Assembly (NCBI GenBank): GCA_964436775.1
Contig: CAYTEN010000001.1
Coordinates: 27,261-91,260 of the forward strand
Source of the DNA: an uncultured Ignavibacterium sp.
GTDB lineage: Bacteria > Bacteroidota > Ignavibacteria > Ignavibacteriales > Ignavibacteriaceae
Length of the DNA: 64,000 nt
Reading direction: 5' to 3'
A program made the translations under genes and the position numbers. Below the pieces are notes generated by a model. That model saw only the letters and a program-made list of their open reading frames with translations, was not told the DNA's origin and made no database searches. Below, one piece after another: positions 46,912 to 55,315 of the stretch; positions within the stretch are counted from its first letter, which is position 1, and the number at the start of each line of letters is the position of its first letter.

Positions 46912-49083
46912 ATGTCTGTCAGTAATCCAAAATATCAAAAAATGCTTGACAATCTTTTGAGGATTTGCAAAACGAGTTTACCAAAAGTAGACGAAGCAAT
47001 GATAACAAAGGCTTTTGAGCTAAGTTTAGAAGCGCACAAGAACGATAGGCGTGCTTCTGGAGAACCATATTTTACGCATCCTTATGAAGTAGCAATGGTA
47101 GTTGCTGAAGAATTTCCTCTTGATGATATTACTATTGTTAGTGCTTTATTGCATGATGTGATTGAAGATACTGAGTTTGATTTCGATCTTATCCGAAGAG
47201 AATTTGGGAAAGAGATTGCTGAAATTGTTGATGGTGTTACAAAGATAAGCGGCATATTTCGTGGACACGATATAACAAAAGCGGAGAACTACCGTAAACT
47301 TTTACTTTCAATGGTTAAAGATGTTAGAGTAATTTTAGTAAAATTTGCTGATCGTCTTCATAATATGCGAACATTAGAGTTTGTAAATCCGGATAAGCAA
47401 AGAAGAATAGCCCAGGAGACTTTAGAAATCTATGCACCATTTGCACATCGATTTGGTTTAGGAAAAGTTAAATGGGAACTGGAAGATCTTTCATTCAAAT
47501 ACTTAAATCGTGAAGCTTATGAAGAGCTTGCAAGAAAATTAAAAGCCAAAAGAAAAGACCGTGAGTCATATATAAAAAAGTTTTCAGATCCACTTATAAA
47601 AAATCTTAACGAAGCAAAAATAAAATTTGAAATGAGTGGCAGGGTAAAACATTTATATAGCATTTACAGAAAAATGGTAAGAAGAAACAAACCATTTGAA
47701 GAGATTTATGATCTATTTGCAATAAGGATTATTCTTGATACAGCTAATCGAAACGATTGTTACACAACTTTGGGTATTGTCAATCAAATCTATCTACCCG
47801 TTCCTGATAGATTTAAGGATTATATTTCTATCCCAAAAACAAATAACTATCAATCAATTCATACAACAGTTGTAGGCCCTGAGGGTAGACTTGTTGAGAT
47901 ACAAATACGTACAAACCAAATGCACGAGGTAGCTGAAAAAGGTGTAGCTGCTCACTGGCGTTATAAAGAAAACAAAACAGTTTCTGATGGTGAACTGGAA
48001 AATTGGGTTAATTGGATTCGGGACATTTTTGAAAATGCTTCGAAAGATGATCAGAAAAAAGAATTATTAGAAAATTTCAAACTTAATCTTTACCAAGATG
48101 AAATTTACGTTTTTACACCTAAAGGTGATTTAAAGAGATTACCAGTTGCCTCAACTCCTGTGGATTTTGCATTTGACATTCATAGTAAAGTTGGATTCCA
48201 TTGTATAGGCGCTAAAATTGATGGTAAAATAGTTCCCCTGGATACAGAATTACACAGCGGCGATCAAGTTGAAATTATTAGTTCAAAGAATCAACATCCA
48301 AACAAAAACTGGATAAAATTTGTTAAGACTCAAAAAGCAAAAAATGAAATAAGGAAATGGTTAAATAAAGAAGAGCAGACTATTGTAAACAGCGGTATGG
48401 AAATATGGGAAAAGAAATTAAAAAAAATGAAGTTATCTTTTACACCTGATAATGTCTTACAAATTGCTCATTCTAATAAGTTTGATAATTCAAGACAATT
48501 CTACAAGGCAATAGCTCAAAATCAAATTAATATTGATGAAGTGCTAACGGCCACAACAGAAAAGAATAAAAAGGAATTCGAAAAGGATGCCGAGTTCGAT
48601 AAGTTTGCAAACGTAGCTAGAACGGATATAGGTGGGATTTTAGTTGATGGAAAGAAATCAAGTATACTTTACAACTATGCTAAATGTTGTAATCCCATTC
48701 CTGGTGATCCTGTGATTGGTTATATTACAGTAGGTGAGGGGATAAAAATACATCGTAAAACGTGTGCTAATCTAATTAATTTATCCTCAAATGACGCAAG
48801 TAAGTTAGTCAGTGTGCAATGGCCGGAAGCAGAAGGATCACTATTTGTAGCTGGTATTTCTATTAAAGGTAAAGATAGACCAGGAATTCTTAACGATGTT
48901 TCGCATTCAATAGTAACATTTCAAAACACGAATATTAAATCAATAAATATAAATACCAGTGATTCAGTGTTTGAAGGCAGCGTAACAGTTTATGTAAACA
49001 ATCTTGATCATCTTAATAGAATAATAGAAAGATTAAAAAAAGTTCAAGGTATTTTTAATGTCGAAAGATTCGAAAGTAATTGA
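46912..49083 (+). CDS. relA: Bifunctional (p)ppGpp synthetase/hydrolase RelA/SpoT homologue
   Basis: HD hydrolase 'LLHDVIEDT', synthetase 'LYSIYRKM...IYDLFAIRIIL' and 'YQSIHTTV', TGS 'IYVFTPKGD', and a C-terminal ACT-like domain. Confidence 0.95.
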   Translation: MSVSNPKYQKMLDNLLRICKTSLPKVDEAMITKAFELSLEAHKNDRRASGEPYFTHPYEVAMVVAEEFPLDDITIVSALLHDVIEDTEFDFDLIRREFGKEIAEIVDGVTKISGIFRGHDITKAENYRKLLLSMVKDVRVILVKFADRLHNMRTLEFVNPDKQRRIAQETLEIYAPFAHRFGLGKVKWELEDLSFKYLNREAYEELARKLKAKRKDRESYIKKFSDPLIKNLNEAKIKFEMSGRVKHLYSIYRKMVRRNKPFEEIYDLFAIRIILDTANRNDCYTTLGIVNQIYLPVPDRFKDYISIPKTNNYQSIHTTVVGPEGRLVEIQIRTNQMHEVAEKGVAAHWRYKENKTVSDGELENWVNWIRDIFENASKDDQKKELLENFKLNLYQDEIYVFTPKGDLKRLPVASTPVDFAFDIHSKVGFHCIGAKIDGKIVPLDTELHSGDQVEIISSKNQHPNKNWIKFVKTQKAKNEIRKWLNKEEQTIVNSGMEIWEKKLKKMKLSFTPDNVLQIAHSNKFDNSRQFYKAIAQNQINIDEVLTATTEKNKKEFEKDAEFDKFANVARTDIGGILVDGKKSSILYNYAKCCNPIPGDPVIGYITVGEGIKIHRKTCANLINLSSNDASKLVSVQWPEAEGSLFVAGISIKGKDRPGILNDVSHSIVTFQNTNIKSININTSDSVFEGSVTVYVNNLDHLNRIIERLKKVQGIFNVERFESN

Positions 49084-49517
49084 TGATTTTATCTGATGAA
49101 AACAGAATAATGGGAATTGATTACGGTAATAAAAGAATTGGCATATCACTTTCTGATCCTTTAAAAACTTTTGCGTATTCATATTCTGCGATTCAAAATA
49201 ATAATCGGAAATTTATTGAGCTTGGACAAGTAATAAAGGAAAAGGGGATTGTTAAGATCATTTTGGGAATACCAAATGAAATTAAACCTTCATCAACTTC
49301 TATTGTAGAAGATGTAAAGAAATTTAAATTAGATTTGGAAAAAAAATTTAGTCTTGAAGTAATACTTTGGGATGAAACCTATACTTCTGTAATTGCGGGT
49401 CAGAGGATACTAGAGTCAATTAAAAGTAAAAAGAAACGGAAAGATAAATCACTTCTTGATATGGATTCTGCTGCCATCATTCTTCAAGAATATTTGGATT
49501 CTGTTAGTAAAAATTAA
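49083..49517 (+). CDS. ruvX: Holliday junction resolvase-like nuclease RuvX (YqgF)
   Basis: 'MGIDYGNKRIGISLSD', 'IILGIP', 'WDETYTSV'. The true start may be the ATG at 49110, since family members usually begin just before 'GIDYG'. Confidence 0.88.
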   Translation: MILSDENRIMGIDYGNKRIGISLSDPLKTFAYSYSAIQNNNRKFIELGQVIKEKGIVKIILGIPNEIKPSSTSIVEDVKKFKLDLEKKFSLEVILWDETYTSVIAGQRILESIKSKKKRKDKSLLDMDSAAIILQEYLDSVSKN

Positions 49518-49521
49518 CAGA

Positions 49522-49550
49522 TTGACTTTGCCTCTCATAGAACCTATTTT
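49522..49550 (+). promoter_or_regulatory. Possible sigma-70-like promoter for the BMC-domain gene pair (TTGACT - 17 nt - TATTTT)
   Basis: Hexamers at 49522..49527 and 49545..49550. A GGGAG Shine-Dalgarno-like box lies about 8 nt before the ATG at 49583. Confidence 0.3.
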
Positions 49551-49582
49551 TTAATATTAAAATTATTATTGGGAGCACGCAA

Positions 49583-49870
49583 ATGCTATTTGAATCATTA
49601 GGTATTATCGAAACTGGCAGTGTTTCAAGTTCATTGAAGGTTATCAATGAATTTAATAAAATGAGTGACATTAAACTTATTGGAAATCAAGTCTTAGGTG
49701 ATGGAATAGTTTCGGTTTTTGTAAAAGGACATTTGGGAGCAATCCGGAAATCTTTGAATCACGGAGCAGAAATCCTAAATTACTCAAATGAGTTTCGAGG
49801 GTCCCATGTAATTCCTATGCCTCATAAAGATTTACTTTCAAAATTTAAATTGGAAAGAAATGATTTATGA
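49583..49870 (+). CDS. BMC-domain (bacterial microcompartment hexamer-type shell) protein
   Basis: 'LGIIETGSVSSSLKVINEFNKMSDIKLIG...GDGIVSVFVKGHLGAIRKSLNHGAE...SHVIPMPHKDL' aligns position by position with the PduA/EutM/CcmK pattern 'LGMVETKGL.AAIEAADAMVKAANV.LVG..KIGSGLVTV.VRGDVGAVKAA.DAGA....VG.....HVIPRPH.DV'. Confidence 0.85.
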   Translation: MLFESLGIIETGSVSSSLKVINEFNKMSDIKLIGNQVLGDGIVSVFVKGHLGAIRKSLNHGAEILNYSNEFRGSHVIPMPHKDLLSKFKLERNDL

Positions 49871-50673
49871 TAAACTCCATTGGATTAATTGAATCTAAAG
49901 GTTTTGTTGCTTTAGTGGAAGCAGCAGATGTTATTCTGAAAAATTCTCCAGTAAAAATACTTGGAATTAAAAAACTGGAAAACGGTATAGCCTCTCTTTC
50001 TATTTATGGTGAATCAGAATATGTAAAATCAGCCGTTGAGTCAGCAACTGAGGCGGGAAAAAGAGTAGGTGAAATTTATGCATATTCAGTAGTGGATAAC
50101 CCGAGCGATGAATTGTTAAATATCATTAGTGAAATATTTGATTTAGAAGATGGGAAATTTTCTAACTCCCTAAAAACAGATTTAAAACTAGTTGAAAAAA
50201 AAGAGAAAAAGGAAACCATCTTAGAGGAAATTTCTAGCTTAAATGAGTCAACTGTAATAAAAAGTGATAAAGAAATATCAACCAAAATAAATAAATCAAA
50301 ACAAGAAAAAAGATTATCAAATAAACCCCCATCTGTTGTTCAAAAGAAATCGAGACCAGTAAAAGTTATTTATTCTGAATCGGGTTCAGATTCAAAAGAT
50401 ACTCTAAGTACGATTGAGAGATTACGCCAGGAAGCTTTAGGATTGTCTTTTGAGGATGAAAAAAGGGGGAAAAATGATTCTCATAGGATAAAAATTGAAA
50501 ATAAAAATAATATTCCGAATAACTCAAGAGTCGACTTTGAATTAATTAATGGTATGAATGTTCATAAATTAAGAAATTATGCTCGTGGATTTGAGGATTT
50601 TCCAATCAAAGGACGGCAGATTTCAAAAGCAAACAGAGACGAGCTGATTGATCTATTTAAAACTATTAGTTAA
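49867..50673 (+). CDS. BMC-domain shell protein with long C-terminal extension
   Basis: The N-terminal ~90 aa 'IGLIESKGFVALVEAADVILKNSPVKILGIKKLENGIASLSIYGESEYVKSAVESATEAGKRVGEIYAYSVVDNP' form a clear BMC domain. About 180 aa of K/S/E-rich sequence follow. ATGA overlap with the previous gene. Confidence 0.85.
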   Translation: MINSIGLIESKGFVALVEAADVILKNSPVKILGIKKLENGIASLSIYGESEYVKSAVESATEAGKRVGEIYAYSVVDNPSDELLNIISEIFDLEDGKFSNSLKTDLKLVEKKEKKETILEEISSLNESTVIKSDKEISTKINKSKQEKRLSNKPPSVVQKKSRPVKVIYSESGSDSKDTLSTIERLRQEALGLSFEDEKRGKNDSHRIKIENKNNIPNNSRVDFELINGMNVHKLRNYARGFEDFPIKGRQISKANRDELIDLFKTIS

Positions 50674-50716
50674 CTATCATATTAGTATTATTAATTTTTG
50701 TCATTAAGGCTAGCAA

Positions 50717-51631
50717 TTGAAAAATAAAGTTGTCATAATAATTTTTTCACTTATTTTCTCAATAATTGTTTGGGGCTCTATTACTCTTTCTGATGAATTT
50801 TTCACTTCCTACGATTTAAATGTTGTGACAATTAATACTCCAAAAGGTTTTGTTTGTGGAGAAACAAATCCTAAAACAATTGAAGTAAAATTGAAGGCAA
50901 AGGGATGGCAGCTCTTAAATCTTAATCTGAATCCATCGACGGAATTTTTTGTATCAGTCAGTGGTGATAGTGGTTCTATTACAGCCGATGCTTATAACCA
51001 AATTCCGGAAAACACCTGGCTTGGCTCTGGGACAAGTATTATTGATATATCACCGAGGAAAATTTCTCTTGATGTTGAAAAAATAAAAATAAAAAAAATT
51101 AAGGTTGAAGCAGTCACTGATTTAACCTTTCAAAAGGGATATGGACTAGCAACCCATATAAAAATATATCCAGATTCTGTGTTAGTTGCAGGCCCAAAGA
51201 GTGCAATTGAAAAAACATTTTCGGTTAAAACAAAAAAGATTTCATTTAAATCTCTTGATAGAAATACCAAGATAATAACAGAGTTGGATGATTTACCCGG
51301 ATTTGAATATCAGCAAAACCAAGTTGAACTTACATTTGATGTTCAACGGATAGTTGATAATTTGGTTGAAGGAATTAAGGTTGTAGTAAAGAATATACCA
51401 AGAGATCGAGATGTTGTTCTCATTCCAAATTTTATTAATTGCAGTTTAAGAGGCGGCATAAATATAATTGGTAAGATAACCTCGGATCAAATTACTGCCT
51501 CAATAGATTATAGAGACATAATACTAGATACACTTGGAAGCCTCAAACCTACAGTTAACATTCCAGCTAACTCCGAGCTATTGTATACAAAACCCGAAGA
51601 ACTGAGATACATTATCAAAAAATTTGAATAA
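50717..51631 (+). CDS. YbbR-like domain membrane-anchored protein (tentative)
   Basis: N-terminal TM, then repeated ~90-aa beta-rich units with 'P..V.V.G' style motifs ('PDSVLVAGPKSAIE', 'INCSLRGGINIIGKI'). TTG start. The family call is tentative. Confidence 0.45.
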   Translation: MKNKVVIIIFSLIFSIIVWGSITLSDEFFTSYDLNVVTINTPKGFVCGETNPKTIEVKLKAKGWQLLNLNLNPSTEFFVSVSGDSGSITADAYNQIPENTWLGSGTSIIDISPRKISLDVEKIKIKKIKVEAVTDLTFQKGYGLATHIKIYPDSVLVAGPKSAIEKTFSVKTKKISFKSLDRNTKIITELDDLPGFEYQQNQVELTFDVQRIVDNLVEGIKVVVKNIPRDRDVVLIPNFINCSLRGGINIIGKITSDQITASIDYRDIILDTLGSLKPTVNIPANSELLYTKPEELRYIIKKFE

Positions 51632-51654
51632 TCAAGAAAGTCAATTTTTATAAT

Positions 51655-52281
51655 ATGTTCATTTCATTTGAAGGTATAGATTTTTGCGGTAAATCAACGC
51701 AAGTTGAATTATTAAAAAATTATCTTATTAAGAATGGTAAAAAAGTACATCTAATTCGTGAACCTGGTGGGACGGAAATCTCTGAAAAGATTAGAGAAAT
51801 TTTACTTGACAAAAAAAATAATTCGATGGTAATGGAAGCAGAAGTATTTTTATTCTCTGCGAGCCGCGCACAATTAGTCAGAGAAATAATTCGTCCATAT
51901 TTGGAAAAAGGTTATTATGTAATTTCTGATAGATTTCATGATTCATCCACAGCTTACCAAGGTTATGGAAGAGGTTTACAACTAGATTCTATTTTAAAAA
52001 TTCATAATTTAGCCATCGGTAATACTATCCCAGATATAACATTTATAATTGATGTTCCAACTTCTGTTGCATTTGAACGAAAGAGAAAAAAATCTCTTAC
52101 CTCGTTGGATAGAATTGAATTATCAAAAAATACTTTTTATGAGCAAGTGCGAGTGGGATATCTGGAATTGGCAACTAAAGAAAACCGTTTTCGCGTGATT
52201 GACGGAACAAAAAATATTGAAGAAATTCATCAAAAAATTATCCATGAAATTAATTCCTTGGAAGGAACTAAACTTATATGA
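51655..52281 (+). CDS. tmk: Thymidylate kinase
   Basis: 'ISFEGIDFCGKSTQ' P-loop, 'REPGGT', 'DRFHDSSTAYQG'. Confidence 0.95.
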   Translation: MFISFEGIDFCGKSTQVELLKNYLIKNGKKVHLIREPGGTEISEKIREILLDKKNNSMVMEAEVFLFSASRAQLVREIIRPYLEKGYYVISDRFHDSSTAYQGYGRGLQLDSILKIHNLAIGNTIPDITFIIDVPTSVAFERKRKKSLTSLDRIELSKNTFYEQVRVGYLELATKENRFRVIDGTKNIEEIHQKIIHEINSLEGTKLI

Positions 52282-53933
52282 AGAGACGTAAGATTATTTT
52301 ATATACATCATTAACGGTTCTTTTGCTTTTCACATTCGGATTCGTTGTAAGTAAAAGCGATGTATATTTTGAGATAAGCAAAAACCTTGAGCTGTTTGGA
52401 AAAGTTTATAAAGAGATTTCGTTTAACTATGTAGATGAAGTTGATCCAAAAGAATTTATGAGAGCTGGTATTAAAGGAATGTTAAATAAACTGGATCCTT
52501 ACACAGTTTTTATTGATGAAAAAAATCAGGATGATATTGACATTTTAACAAACGGTAAATATGGCGGAGTTGGGATATCAATAGGTGTGCGTAGTGATAA
52601 AGTGACTGTTTTAGAAGTCTTGGAAGGGTATTCGGCTCAAAAGCAAGGCATTAGAGTTGGCGATAATATCATTAGAATACAGAACACTGATGTCAATCCT
52701 GAAGTATTAGATAAAATTTCTTCTTTAGTAAAGGGTGAGCCTGGAACTACTGTACAGCTTAAAGTATTAAGAACTGGTGAACAGGATACATTGACATTTA
52801 ATCTTGTTAGAGAAGAAGTGAATGTTAAAACTCTTTTATTTGAGGATTTTTATCCTCAAAACTCTGGAAATGTGTACTTAAAGCTTTCCAATTTTAGCAG
52901 ATCTGCAAGCGATGAGATAAGAAATGCTTTAAGAAAGTTAAGAGAAGAAAGAGAAATAAAATCTATTGTTCTTGATCTTAGAGGAAACCCTGGTGGACTA
53001 TTAGATGTTGCAGTTGATATTTGTGATAAATTTTTAAAAAAGGATTTACTTATTGTAACTACTAGAGGAAGGGAGCCACAGAGCGATAAAAAATATTATG
53101 CGAAAGAGGAACCATTAGCTGGAAATGAAAAATTAGTTGTATTAATAAATGGTGGTAGTGCTTCTGCTTCAGAGATTGTTGCTGGTGCTATACAGGATCA
53201 TGATAGAGGTATTATTTTAGGCACTAAATCTTTTGGTAAAGGATTAGTACAAACCATTACACCCTTAAGCTTTAATACATCCTTAAAAGTTACTACGGCC
53301 AGATATTATACACCCAGCGGAAGATGTATTCAAAAAATAAATTATTCTGAAAATAATAGTGTGATACCATTTCCGGATTCATTAGTGACAAATTCGTTTA
53401 ACACGGATAATAAAAGAGTTGTATATAGTGCTGGTGGAATTACTCCTGATACTACAGTTCAAGATGATGTGGAAAGTAAATTAGTTGAGGATCTGTTGGC
53501 AAAAGGATTAATATTTAATTTTGCAGATAAATATTTTTATGAAAATAAAAACACGTCATTTGATAAAATTAATGATAATAAACTGCTAGATGAGTTTAAA
53601 AAATATCTAATTACATCTAAATATAATTATCAATCATTAGCTGATAAAAAGTTGGATGAATTAGTGAAGTTAATTTCTGATGAACAGAATGCCGAACAGA
53701 TAAGTACAACAGTTAAAAATTTGAAAAATCAAATTTCAGGAATGTTTGATTCAGAATTCAAAAATAGTAAACAAGATATAATCAGTGATTTAAAGACTGA
53801 ATTGTCACTCAGATACTCTGGCAGAGAATTTGGGATTAGAGAGATTTTAAAACACGATTCACAATTTGCTGCTGCGCTCAAAATTATTAGCGACAATAAA
53901 GTATATAATAATTTACTCAAAAGGGATTTATAG
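52278..53933 (+). CDS. S41 family C-terminal processing peptidase with PDZ domain
   Basis: PDZ 'GYSAQKQGIRVGDNIIRI', 'LDLRGNPGGLL', catalytic region 'GGSASASEIVAGAIQDHDRGIILGTKSFGKGLVQ'. Confidence 0.9.
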   Translation: MKRRKIILYTSLTVLLLFTFGFVVSKSDVYFEISKNLELFGKVYKEISFNYVDEVDPKEFMRAGIKGMLNKLDPYTVFIDEKNQDDIDILTNGKYGGVGISIGVRSDKVTVLEVLEGYSAQKQGIRVGDNIIRIQNTDVNPEVLDKISSLVKGEPGTTVQLKVLRTGEQDTLTFNLVREEVNVKTLLFEDFYPQNSGNVYLKLSNFSRSASDEIRNALRKLREEREIKSIVLDLRGNPGGLLDVAVDICDKFLKKDLLIVTTRGREPQSDKKYYAKEEPLAGNEKLVVLINGGSASASEIVAGAIQDHDRGIILGTKSFGKGLVQTITPLSFNTSLKVTTARYYTPSGRCIQKINYSENNSVIPFPDSLVTNSFNTDNKRVVYSAGGITPDTTVQDDVESKLVEDLLAKGLIFNFADKYFYENKNTSFDKINDNKLLDEFKKYLITSKYNYQSLADKKLDELVKLISDEQNAEQISTTVKNLKNQISGMFDSEFKNSKQDIISDLKTELSLRYSGREFGIREILKHDSQFAAALKIISDNKVYNNLLKRDL

Positions 53934-53974
53934 TGACCAACTATCTTTAGGATTCAGATTGGTTAATTACTTTA

Positions 53975-54247
53975 ATGAAAATGAACAAAGCGATAATTAA
54001 AAAAGATCCATTACTCGACCAATGTCCTTCATGCAAAATGAATAATACAATTAGGAGATCCCACTCCCGTAACTTAAAAGAGAAATTCTTTAATCATTTT
54101 ACTATTTACAAAACATATCGTTGCAAGAATTGTGGGTGGAGAGGATACTTAAAAACGATCACTCTAAGTACTTCAACTATTAAAGTATTTCTGATTTATT
54201 TATGTCTGATAATAATTGCCGGATTTATTACTTATCAGATTTTGTAG
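53975..54247 (+). CDS. Small zinc-ribbon protein with C-terminal TM helix
   Basis: 'CPSCK...RRSHSR...YRCKNCGWRG' (CxxC...CxxC), then 'IKVFLIYLCLIIIAGFITYQIL'. Confidence 0.5.
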   Translation: MKMNKAIIKKDPLLDQCPSCKMNNTIRRSHSRNLKEKFFNHFTIYKTYRCKNCGWRGYLKTITLSTSTIKVFLIYLCLIIIAGFITYQIL

Positions 54248-54531
54248 CGCCTTCTATAAAAGTGAGTAATTGCTAATGGCAACTGTTTCAAATTCTAGTA
54301 TTAAAAATTCTAATTTGGGATTGCGCTGAGCGTTTGTTTTAAAAACATAATTTTATAACTTTAATGATAAAAAATATTAACTATTCATAACTTTTTATAC
54401 TTGAACAATCAGGGAGATCCTACTAAAATCCCTGTTATTCCGACATAAAAATTTAATAATAAAATCTTCGAGGGTATATTTCCTGTAAGAGAAATATTAT
54501 TTTTGGCCCTTAAACTGTTAAAGGGATTTTG

Positions 54532-55104
54532 ATGAAAAAATCTTTTCTGGATTATATATTTAGAAACAGGTTACCTGTTACACTTTTTGTAATTATTGCT
54601 TCGTTTACTGTTACATATTATGCATCAAGAGCTGAACGTGATGGGGTTGGCTACACGCCCAATCAGCCAATTAATTATTCCCATAAACTCCACGCAGGGG
54701 AGATGAAGATTGACTGCCAGTATTGTCACATTGGAGTAGAAAAATCCCGATTTGCAACTGTTCCAGCTGTATCTATTTGTATGAATTGCCATTCTATTGC
54801 ACGTAAAGATAGACCAGAAATTATAAAACTCACACAGCATTATCGTGATGGTAATCCTCTACTATGGAAAAGGATTCACAAAGTTCCAGATTATGCCTAT
54901 TTCAATCATTCTGTACATGTTAATAAAGGGATAAATTGCACTGCCTGTCATGGCGAAATTACCAACATGAAAAAAGTAGGACAAATGAATTCATTTACAA
55001 TGGGTAGTTGTTTGAATTGCCACCGCAATGCACACGATAAATTTCCTGAGCTAAAAGGTAAAATTAAGTCGGGACCTGAATATTGTTCCGCTTGTCATAG
55101 ATAA
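54532..55104 (+). CDS. actA: Alternative complex III subunit ActA (pentaheme cytochrome c)
   Basis: N-terminal TM plus five CxxCH motifs (CQYCH, CMNCH, CTACH, CLNCH, CSACH). First gene of the act operon. Confidence 0.9.
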   Translation: MKKSFLDYIFRNRLPVTLFVIIASFTVTYYASRAERDGVGYTPNQPINYSHKLHAGEMKIDCQYCHIGVEKSRFATVPAVSICMNCHSIARKDRPEIIKLTQHYRDGNPLLWKRIHKVPDYAYFNHSVHVNKGINCTACHGEITNMKKVGQMNSFTMGSCLNCHRNAHDKFPELKGKIKSGPEYCSACHR

Positions 55105-55138
55105 CAATAATTAAGTTATAAATAAAATAGATTTTAAT

Positions 55139-55315
55139 ATGGATAGAAAAAAATTCTTTACTTCAATTTCATTATGTGTAGTTGGAATTGCATTATTCAG
55201 AAATTTCCCTATGAAAATAATTTTAAAGCAATTTAATAAGAATAAGAAAGCAGTTAATGTCAAAGTTCATCCTCTTGCTGTTAGTAGAAAAAAAATAGGT
55301 GAAAAGAATGTCTGA
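55139..55315 (+). CDS. Unlisted 58-codon ORF between actA and actB (small membrane/TAT-signal-like peptide)
   Basis: Read by hand: '[58 protein letters not shown]'. Its TGA (55313..55315) overlaps the actB ATG (55308) in ATGTCTGA. Below the 60-aa cutoff of the ORF track. Confidence 0.3.
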   Translation: MDRKKFFTSISLCVVGIALFRNFPMKIILKQFNKNKKAVNVKVHPLAVSRKKIGEKNV

